Shown: piece after piece, positions 1 to 6,198 of the stretch
Position numbering within the stretch: the stretch's first letter is position 1
Layout of the letters: each line of letters opens with the position of its first letter
NCBI GenBank assembly: GCA_031425655.1
Contig: JANPJS010000185.1
Location: 1 to 10,716 of the forward strand
Direction: 5' to 3'
Origin: Abditibacteriaceae bacterium
Lineage (GTDB): Bacteria > Armatimonadota > Abditibacteriia > Abditibacteriales > Abditibacteriaceae
DNA: 10,716 bases
The notes under the pieces: generated by a model
What the model was told of the DNA's origin: nothing
Seen by the model: only the letters and a program-made list of their open reading frames with translations
The model's database searches: none
Made by a program: the position numbers and the translations under genes

Positions 1-26
1 GTGAGTTACGGGAAGAATCATGCGAC

Positions 27-256
27 CTCACCTTACGCATTGGGGTGTGATAGGCAGGTCAACCAACAAGGTGATGAGTCATTCTGAGTCCTGCCCAGAG
101 GGCACCCGGAAGAATCTCGGCCTATGCGGTGCTTTTGCTCAGGCTCCGTGCGGAGCCTCTTCCGCAGAGATACTTCCGGGTGCCCTCTGGGCAGGACTCA
201 GAATGACAGCGATTCTTGAATTTGTCTGCCTAACACACCCCACTGCGTAAGGTGAG
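27..256. mobile_element. Nested palindromic MITE/REP-like element (outer 31-bp inverted repeats enclosing a 41-bp inverted-repeat REP-like unit)
   Basis: Outer arms 27-57 (CTCACCTTACGCATTGGGGTGTGATAGGCAG) and 226-256 are reverse complements at 29/31. Inner arms 78-118 (GTCATTCTGAG...GGAAGAATCTC) and 167-207 match at 40/41. Central hairpin AGGCTCCG/CGGAGCCT at 141-158. No transposase and no clear target-site duplication, so mobility is inferred. Confidence 0.7.
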
Positions 257-274
257 TTAAGTTATGGACTGCTC

Positions 275-300
275 AACTCAAAACTCATAATTCAAAACTC
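275..300. repeat. Degenerate heptamer tandem repeat (AACTCAA-type)
   Basis: AACTCAA-AACTCAT-AATTCAA-AACTC, about 3.7 units of 7 nt. Confidence 0.7.
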
Positions 301-402
301 TTCTCGCGGCACGCAGTTTGAACAGACGTTTCGCCTTTGAACCTTTAAAGCGGCGTTGGTAAAGTTGCTTAGGACAATAACAGAAACACAGGGAGGCCTG
401 AA

Positions 403-933
403 ATGGGCAAAGTTAGCAAAGCAATTCACGACATTGGAACAGCGGTCTGGTTTGGCGGCACGCTGATGGGAACGCTGGCGATGAACCCGGCTGTCGAGGT
501 GTTGGACGACCCCGAAGAACGCGGCAAAATGGTGGACGAAGGCTGGGCATTGTTCCAGCCGTGGGCCGCCGCCGGACTGCTGGGCGCTTTAATCAGCCAC
601 GTCGCCATCCGGCGCGATGGGCCAAGCAATGCCAGCAGCGCTTATAAATCCGCCGCCGCCGCCAAAGACCTGCTGATGGTCACGGCTGTCGTTTCGTCGG
701 TAGCGAGCATGGCTTTAGGCGAATACGCCATGCATCAGGAACCGGACGCTTACACGCCCATCGAAACCGCCACCACGCCGACCGAAGGCACTCCTTACGA
801 AACCGCGCAAGCGCAAAGCGGCCTAACCGTCGCGTCGTGGGTGCAGCTTTTGTCCGGCGTCGGCATCTTCGTGACGGGCGCTATCATGGCCGCCGAACGC
901 GAAAAAGGTTTCCTTGAGCGTTGGAGATCATAA
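403..933 (+). CDS. Hypothetical integral membrane protein, 176 aa (about 4 hydrophobic segments)
   Basis: Strong Shine-Dalgarno GGGAGG at 391-396 before ATG 403. Hydrophobic segments (AVWFGGTLMGTLAM, WAAAGLLGALIS, LLMVTAVVSSVASMALG, VASWVQLLSGVGIFVTGAIMAA). N-terminal HDxGxAxWFGG motif. Followed by a terminator. Confidence 0.88.
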   Translation: MGKVSKAIHDIGTAVWFGGTLMGTLAMNPAVEVLDDPEERGKMVDEGWALFQPWAAAGLLGALISHVAIRRDGPSNASSAYKSAAAAKDLLMVTAVVSSVASMALGEYAMHQEPDAYTPIETATTPTEGTPYETAQAQSGLTVASWVQLLSGVGIFVTGAIMAAEREKGFLERWRS

Positions 934-942
934 GAGTCGAGC

Positions 943-981
943 AAAAAGACAGGCCGCGCGAATCATCGCGCGGCCTGTTTT
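943..981 (+). terminator. Intrinsic terminator, probably bidirectional
   Basis: 13-bp perfect stem ACAGGCCGCGCGA (949-961)/TCGCGCGGCCTGT (966-978), 4-nt loop, T-run after it and A-run before it. Lies about 15 nt after the stop of 403..933. Confidence 0.85.
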
Positions 982-1102
982 CATATCGGCTCTTTAATAA
1001 ATCCGGCTTAGATAGCCGGTGTCAACAAAGACCGCGTCCATCGCGTCGCGGTGAGCGTGGACGCGCCGCGACCCGTGGATTTGTTCCTGGAGCGCGTGCA
1101 AT

Positions 1103-1141
1103 AAAAAACGGGGACAGGCATTTTGCCTGTCCCCGTTTTTT
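1103..1141 (-). terminator. Bidirectional intrinsic terminator of the DUF1559 gene
   Basis: AAAAAA-CGGGGACAGGC-ATTTT-GCCTGTCCCCG-TTTTTT: perfect 11-bp GC-rich stem with A6/T6 flanks, 13 nt past the stop codon at 1155. Confidence 0.92.
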
Positions 1142-1154
1142 CGCTGATCGCCTC

Positions 1155-1811
1155 TTAGAACGAGACGCCGTCCGGGTGCATAAAATAAGGAAATGGCGCG
1201 GTGGTGCGGCCTTCGACGGTGTTGTTGAAGAACTTGACGTGACCATCCACGAAGAGATGGTTGTGTCCGTCGAAGTGCAACTTGGAACCTCGCAGCCCGT
1301 TTCGCTCGCCGAGGATAGTTGCGGCATCGCAGGCCATTTGTGGGCGCAGATAGATGCCGGCATTGCGAAAATTGTTGCCCGGATCGCGCAGCAGGTGGGT
1401 TTCGGCGGGCCTCACGATGTCTGCGGCTGAGACGCCGTTCATGCAGCCACTGTAGTGGTAGCTGTAGATGGCAGCGCCGGAGGTGGAGGGGCAGGTCCAG
1501 GCCTGCGAACTCTTCATGTAGGGGTGGATGCGGTCGGCGATGCTCAGACCGGTGCCCGGCGGCACACTGACGGTTTGGCTGTCGTTGTTGGGCTGCTGAG
1601 GCATCGTTTCGTCGTAGTCCTGGATGTATTGCAGGATTCCGATGCCAATCTGCTTCTGGTTGTTGGTGCAGCTGCTGCGCCGCGCGTTTTCCCGTGCCCG
1701 TGCAAACACCGGGAACAGAATCGCTGCCAGAAGCGCTATTATAGCAATAACGACCAGCAGTTCTATGAGTGTGAACGCGCGGTTCACTGTGTTACGTCCA
1801 TTCGTTTTCAT
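1155..1811 (-). CDS. DUF1559-family prepilin-type N-terminal cleavage/methylation protein with C-terminal H-X9-DG motif, 218 aa
   Basis: Short basic leader, then A|[44 protein letters not shown]...QYxQDYDE. Internal WxCPS motif. C-terminal [15 protein letters not shown] is H-X9-DG. SD-like AAGGTGG 7 nt before the ATG. Confidence 0.95.
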   Translation of the reverse strand: MKTNGRNTVNRAFTLIELLVVIAIIALLAAILFPVFARARENARRSSCTNNQKQIGIGILQYIQDYDETMPQQPNNDSQTVSVPPGTGLSIADRIHPYMKSSQAWTCPSTSGAAIYSYHYSGCMNGVSAADIVRPAETHLLRDPGNNFRNAGIYLRPQMACDAATILGERNGLRGSKLHFDGHNHLFVDGHVKFFNNTVEGRTTAPFPYFMHPDGVSF

Positions 1812-1855
1812 GAAGAAGCCACCTTTTTTATTTCGGACTGAGCCGATTGTGGGAT

Positions 1856-1883
1856 ATTATGCCCCGCGACAACGAAATCTAAA
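1856..1883 (-). promoter_or_regulatory. Possible sigma70-type promoter of the DUF1559 gene
   Basis: Minus strand TTTAGA (1883-1878), 16-nt spacer, CATAAT (1861-1856), about 45 nt upstream of the start codon. Confidence 0.35.
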
Positions 1884-1911
1884 CATCACCGCCGTGTCTC
1901 TTTCGAGCGAC

Positions 1912-1946
1912 AAAGAAAAACCCCGCGATGTAGAGCCATCGCGGGG
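1912..1946 (-). terminator. Intrinsic terminator (minus strand)
   Basis: 10-bp perfect stem CCCCGCGATG (1921-1930)/CATCGCGGGG (1937-1946), 6-nt loop, followed on the minus strand by TTTTTCTTT. Confidence 0.88.
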
Positions 1947-2013
1947 CTTTGTTCGGGAGGCCAGGCTGTTTAGCCGCCTTGCGCCGTAACTTTAGCCGTC
2001 ATGTCGTGCCTCC
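1912..2013 (-). ncRNA. Candidate ~100-nt structured small RNA or regulatory leader of unknown family (contains 10-codon ORF MTAKVTAQGG at 2002-1970)
   Basis: Extended -10 upstream predicts +1 near 2014. The 5' GGAGGC (2013-2008) pairs with GCCUCC (1961-1956) and encloses two hairpins that both carry CGGCUAAA. Ends in the 1946-1912 terminator. Confidence 0.5.
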
Positions 2014-2020
2014 AGCGATT

Positions 2021-2029
2021 ATTTTATCA
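2021..2029 (-). promoter_or_regulatory. Extended -10 promoter element (TGnTAAAAT)
   Basis: Minus strand TGATAAAAT at 2029-2021. No good -35 at 17-nt spacing, which is compatible with an extended -10 promoter. Confidence 0.5.
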
Positions 2030-2045
2030 CCGCGAGACTTCAAGC

Positions 2046-2113
2046 AGATTCACCACAAAGACACGAAGGCACAGAGCAATTTCTTCGTGCCTTCGTGTCT
2101 TTGTGGTGAATCT
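2046..2113. repeat. Palindromic REP-like element with 9-nt internal periodicity (CACAAAGAC type)
   Basis: Perfect 27-bp inverted repeat AGATTCACCACAAAGACACGAAGGCAC (2046-2072)/(2087-2113) with a 14-nt loop. Abuts the stop codon of the hydrolase gene. Confidence 0.9.
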
Positions 2114-5067
2114 CATTCCGAAGCGATTTCATACCACAGCGTTTTCCAGCCCGGCGCGGCGGTGAATTGAAGCGTGCCGCTTTGCAGCGTGGACGGCACT
2201 TCTAAAGCGCGTTCGCCGCGCACGTCTAAAGCCCAGACGCGCGGCGCGGCCAGCGCGGTTTTCAAGCGCACCGTGAGGTTGACGCCTTCGACTTGCGTCG
2301 GGCCGCTGCCCCAAAAATCACTGCTACTAACGCCGTTGGCGCCGCGCGTTGCGCCTTTGCCCATGTTCAGGTTTTCGGCTTTGCCCGCGATGGTCAGCAG
2401 CAGCTTTTTGGAATCGAAGATTTCTTCGTTATCGAGGCTGGATAAGGCCACGCTGCTCCAATTGCTGATTGAGGTCGGCGCGGCCAATTGCAATTCGCCG
2501 AGTTCGACGTTGCGCCCGCCTAAAAAGCCGGTGCAGAGCTTGCTGCGCGGCGTGTTGATGGTAAAGAGGCCGGGCTTTTCTTCCCAGAAAATCTGGCCGG
2601 TGTCGGAGGTAAAATTGGTTTCGTAATTCGGAATGGCGCGGTCGGAAGTCGGGAAAAGCGCGGCGCCGGGTTGCACGAAACGCACGTAAGTTTTGCCGAG
2701 CAGAGCTTCAGCGCGCGAGGCGCCGGCTTCGCGCCACGTTTTCAAAACCGGCGAGGCAAACGGCCCGCCTCCCGCCGACGCGACTTCGTTCCACAAGGCG
2801 TCTTCGGGCATGATCAGCGTGGTGCTGCGTTCGGCGCTTTGCACGTCGCCGGGCACACTTTGGCCTTCGCCCGCGCGACGAAAGAGCAGCGCCGAAGCGG
2901 GGGCGAGGGCCATTTTCACGGGATGCGAATCAATGGAAAACGGGCCTTCGATGCGGTCGCGCCCATAATCGCCGCGCGCGTGGTAATCGAAGACGAAAAT
3001 CCCGGCCCAGTCCTGCCAAGAGGCTAACGCGGCGGCCATCGGCAGCGTTTCGGCCCCGAAATCGTTGGGCGCGCCGCTGTTCCACTCGCTGACCACAAAC
3101 GGCTTGCCCTGCAAGCGCCACAGGCCAAACGAAGAAAGCGGATTGTCGTCGCCGGCGTTGACCATCGAAGAATTGCCGACTTGCCAATCGCCGCCGGCCC
3201 AGCCGTTTTCGCCCAAATCGGGGTGCTTCCAATAAGCGTGCTGGTCAATCACGTCGCTGTGCGATTCGCGCCACAAGCCGCCCCAGCCGCCGAATTGCGC
3301 CTGCGTCAGCCAAAGCGGGCAGCGCACGCCGATGTCTCTCTTCAAAAAGTCACGCATTTGCGCGGCGAAATCGGCTTCGATGCCGCCCAAAAACTCGGCG
3401 AAGTCGCGCCGCGTGCGCGTGACGCCGGTTTCGCCGAATTCGGGCAAGGGCACACCGCTTTCCAAAGTCCACTGGTCGGGCGCGGCTTTGCGACCGCCCA
3501 AAAGCAGTTCAGGATGAGAAAACTGCACGTTTCCGGCTTCGTTGCCCAAGCTGAGCGCGATTTGCCGCAGGTCGTCACGGAAGTTCTTCGGGCGAAAAGC
3601 GAAGCTGTATTTTCTCCACGTCGGCGACAAATCGAAGACGGTGTAAAAGCCGCCGGAAATCGTCAGCGCCACGCGCCGATATTTTTCCGAACGCGCCCAG
3701 AAATTCAGCACATAGGCTTGATTTTCCTGAAGCGGCACATCGTTGCGTTGCAGACGATAAGCCCACGACACGCCGCCCGCCGCGCGAATTGTGCCCGGCG
3801 TTTGCAGCGTGGCGATCAGTCCCGGCTTCATAAATCCGTCCACGACGGCGCCCGAAAGTGCGTCCACGCTGACGCGGCCCTGCGCCGGCGCGACCGTATA
3901 AAGCTGCCATTGTTGCAGGTTTTGCATGGCCAGCGTGACCACTGCGTCCGGCGCTTCGGGATTGACGTATTCGGGCGGCAATGGCGTGCCGATCAGGTTT
4001 TCGGGCTGCACCGGCTCGTCCCATTCCGTCCAGACGCGGCGCAATGATTCGGCATCGTAGCGCGCTTTGAGCCAGATATTCCACTTGTCGCGCAGAGGGT
4101 TTAAGTAATCGGAGGGCACGCGCCCCAATTTGCCTTCGAGCCATGTTCCGAGCAGCGAATTTTCGTTGTAAAACTCGACCATCGCCAAGCCCGGCTCGTC
4201 TTTGAGCGCCCGGCCTAAATACGGGTTGACGTGCGTCAAAATGGTGCGCGTGAAGTCTTTTTGCAGCGTAATCAGGCGCGGGCTGAAGTAGTTGACGCCC
4301 TTGTCTTTGTCGGGCAGCGTGTTGGCGTAAGGCACGCCGTCGCTGTCCAAAGTTTTGCGCCCGACGTGCAGGTTCAAATTGATGTAAAGACCACGTTTTA
4401 TCAGTGCGGCGATGAAAAAATCGAGCTTGTCGAGTTGCACCGGATCAATCTCGCGCGGCTGCTGAATGCGCGAGGAACCGATGCCCGACGCTTTCCACAA
4501 ACTGCCCGGAGTGTTGCTGGTTTCGTATTGATGCAATCGCACCGCGTTGAAGCCGAATTTCGCCAATCGCGCCGCGATTTTCGGCGCTTGCTCTTTTTCG
4601 GGAAACGCGCCTTGATAGCTGACATTCACGCCCCAGAAACGCAAAACTTTGCCCTGCCCGTCCACGAAATGCTCGCCGTCTACGCCCACGAAACCGTTTT
4701 TCCCGGCGGGGGTTTCGTTGAGCCACGACACATCCACGGCGTTTTTGGTGTCGTCGAAAGGCGGCAGCGCGAAGGGAAATTGTTCGAGTGGGAACGGCGT
4801 GGGCGTCGGAATTGGCGTCGGCGTGGGAATCGGCGTCGGTGTCGGAATTGGTGTCGGTGTCGGAATCGGCGGCAAAAGATCGCCGGGCGAGCCACCGCGC
4901 GACGGCAATTTACCCCGCGCGGGCAACGCTTTCTTAACGGGCGCTTTGGCGGGCGGCGCGACGGTTTTGCCTTTGGGCTGCGCCGCGACGCCACCAAAGG
5001 CTAACAACAACACCGCCCCGGCAAAGCGCGGGGCGGAAAACGTGCGAAATAGAGAAAACACTTGCAT
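2113..5067 (-). CDS. Secreted clan GH-A glycoside hydrolase, GH148-like, with inserted CBM4_9-like module, 984 aa
   Basis: Signal peptide (…AGAVLLLAFGGVAA|Q) and Pro/Thr linker. Barrel motifs FWGVN, RLAKFGFNAVRLH, LDKLDFFIAAL..RGLYINLNLHV, THVNPY, NENS (E302, candidate acid/base), DVIDQHAYW and GKPFVVSEWN (E661, candidate nucleophile). CBM4-like segment (SWAYRLQ..VPLQENQAYVLNFWARS…LSPTWRKYSFAF) lies between the two Glu. Confidence 0.85.
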   Translation of the reverse strand: MQVFSLFRTFSAPRFAGAVLLLAFGGVAAQPKGKTVAPPAKAPVKKALPARGKLPSRGGSPGDLLPPIPTPTPIPTPTPIPTPTPIPTPTPFPLEQFPFALPPFDDTKNAVDVSWLNETPAGKNGFVGVDGEHFVDGQGKVLRFWGVNVSYQGAFPEKEQAPKIAARLAKFGFNAVRLHQYETSNTPGSLWKASGIGSSRIQQPREIDPVQLDKLDFFIAALIKRGLYINLNLHVGRKTLDSDGVPYANTLPDKDKGVNYFSPRLITLQKDFTRTILTHVNPYLGRALKDEPGLAMVEFYNENSLLGTWLEGKLGRVPSDYLNPLRDKWNIWLKARYDAESLRRVWTEWDEPVQPENLIGTPLPPEYVNPEAPDAVVTLAMQNLQQWQLYTVAPAQGRVSVDALSGAVVDGFMKPGLIATLQTPGTIRAAGGVSWAYRLQRNDVPLQENQAYVLNFWARSEKYRRVALTISGGFYTVFDLSPTWRKYSFAFRPKNFRDDLRQIALSLGNEAGNVQFSHPELLLGGRKAAPDQWTLESGVPLPEFGETGVTRTRRDFAEFLGGIEADFAAQMRDFLKRDIGVRCPLWLTQAQFGGWGGLWRESHSDVIDQHAYWKHPDLGENGWAGGDWQVGNSSMVNAGDDNPLSSFGLWRLQGKPFVVSEWNSGAPNDFGAETLPMAAALASWQDWAGIFVFDYHARGDYGRDRIEGPFSIDSHPVKMALAPASALLFRRAGEGQSVPGDVQSAERSTTLIMPEDALWNEVASAGGGPFASPVLKTWREAGASRAEALLGKTYVRFVQPGAALFPTSDRAIPNYETNFTSDTGQIFWEEKPGLFTINTPRSKLCTGFLGGRNVELGELQLAAPTSISNWSSVALSSLDNEEIFDSKKLLLTIAGKAENLNMGKGATRGANGVSSSDFWGSGPTQVEGVNLTVRLKTALAAPRVWALDVRGERALEVPSTLQSGTLQFTAAPGWKTLWYEIASE
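4798..4869 (-). repeat. Coding tandem repeat, 4 x PIPTPT (Pro/Thr linker)
   Basis: Four 18-nt units encoding PIPTPT with synonymous codon variation, located between the signal peptide region and the catalytic domain. Confidence 0.92.
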
Positions 5068-5223
5068 CAGCGAAAAACCCGACGCCTTTTGGCTGCATCA
5101 GGTCACAGTTATTTTCAACCACACAGGCGTTTGGCGCAAGCGCGCAGTAGAATCTCTGATATGAGTGCCAGAAGATTACGAAAACCAGAATTGCTTTTGT
5201 TTCACTGACTGTAAGTTAATTTG

Positions 5224-6144
5224 ATGACCACCTCTTTACACACCAAACTTCTTGGCGAACGCTTTCCCCACCATTGCATCTTCGACTGGCAGAAACGCAC
5301 GCTGATTTTGGATTTGGAATGGACGCGCCGAGGCGACACAATATTTCTTCGCCCGCGCGATGCACCTCTTGAAGTGCTGTGGAGTTGCGGCACAAACCGC
5401 TTCCCACCCGATGATGCTCTAATCCTCGAAAGCATCGAATGGGCGTTTCGCCGCTGCAATGTATCACGTTGCCATCGTTTCGGCGAGGGGATAATTTTCA
5501 TCAACCGGAATCACGGTGTGGTTCCACATCCAACAGGATTTACCCCTGAGACTCAACACCAATGGCCATTTGGGGCGACCTTCGAGTTGCCGAAGAAACA
5601 ATTCCCCAAATTCCAAAAGCCCCAGAGAGCGTTGTTATGTTCACCTGAATTTTTAAATGCTGGCCTGAGCGAATTGGCCGCAAATAAGGAATCTGATTTC
5701 AATATTGCTTCTCGCTGGGTGGAAAACTATCGTGATTTGTGGTCGAGGATAGAATTCACGATTCTAACCCGCGATGTTATGGAGCATCTGCTGACCGCGC
5801 TTTGGTTTATTTACGCGCCGGAACTCCTTCCTGCCCGTATACCTGTGCTTCGCGGTGCGCCAAACGGTAAAGTCGCTGCGTTTATACACTCTGCACGGTG
5901 GCAGATTCCGCAACGCTTGCTCGAAGTGTTCAATGCCAGTAGCGGACTCGAATCGGTGAAACGTGGCTGCATCTACGCATACGGACGTTGGTTCAAACAA
6001 ATAAACACTGCTGCCTATACGCTCGACATTCCTTCGCCTACCGACCAACAGCGCGCCGAGGCAGTTCAGCTTTGGCGGGAGTTTCTACACGATAAAATGT
6101 CGCAAAGTGAAATCGAATCTCTGCTACCAAATTGTGAATTCTAA
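5224..6144 (+). CDS. Hypothetical protein (~306 aa), no recognisable family
   Basis: 920-nt open frame (TTG 5221 or ATG 5224) filling the gap between a divergent gene and a bidirectional terminator. Lower GC than neighbours. No clear SD, so the start is uncertain. Confidence 0.72.
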   Translation: MTTSLHTKLLGERFPHHCIFDWQKRTLILDLEWTRRGDTIFLRPRDAPLEVLWSCGTNRFPPDDALILESIEWAFRRCNVSRCHRFGEGIIFINRNHGVVPHPTGFTPETQHQWPFGATFELPKKQFPKFQKPQRALLCSPEFLNAGLSELAANKESDFNIASRWVENYRDLWSRIEFTILTRDVMEHLLTALWFIYAPELLPARIPVLRGAPNGKVAAFIHSARWQIPQRLLEVFNASSGLESVKRGCIYAYGRWFKQINTAAYTLDIPSPTDQQRAEAVQLWREFLHDKMSQSEIESLLPNCEF

Positions 6145-6159
6145 GTGATGCTTTTCAAC

Positions 6160-6198
6160 ACAAAAGCCGCCGCGAAATTTCGCGGCGGCTTTTGTTTT
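6160..6198. terminator. Bidirectional intrinsic terminator between convergent genes
   Basis: Perfect 36-bp palindrome ACAAAAGCCGCCGCGAAA|TTTCGCGGCGGCTTTTGT (6160-6195) with T-runs on both strands. Confidence 0.9.

Noticed and set aside
20..250. 76-aa ORF at the window start
   Set aside because: Lies wholly within the nested palindrome, has no SD and no protein-like motif.
27..300. Possible CRISPR array or tRNA-like structure
   Set aside because: The repeats are inverted, not direct with unique spacers. There are no cas genes and no cloverleaf or T-loop signature.
982..1300. Diversity-generating retroelement template/variable repeat for the Asn-codon-rich DUF1559 3' end
   Set aside because: I found no second near-copy of the 3' region differing at adenines, and there is no reverse transcriptase in the window.
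1950..2013. Firm call as a c-di-GMP-I riboswitch
   Set aside because: Only the 3' portion is loosely similar. The GNRA-capped P2 stem and intact tetraloop receptor are not visible, so it is kept as an unassigned RNA candidate.
1949..2170. 73-aa ORF containing HHKDTKAQ…FVPSCLCGE
   Set aside because: This is the translation of the 2046-2113 palindrome and overlaps the hydrolase antisense.
5063..5101. 8-bp direct repeat TGCATCAG (5063-5070 and 5094-5101) near the hydrolase start
   Set aside because: Too short to distinguish from chance, and one copy overlaps the start codon.
2174..5164. Long plus-strand ORFs (e.g. 3181..4047, 4231..5004, 4649..5164 with GVGIGV repeats)
   Set aside because: Antisense shadows of the GC-rich hydrolase gene. 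The GVGIG repeat is simply the reverse reading of the PIPTPT linker.
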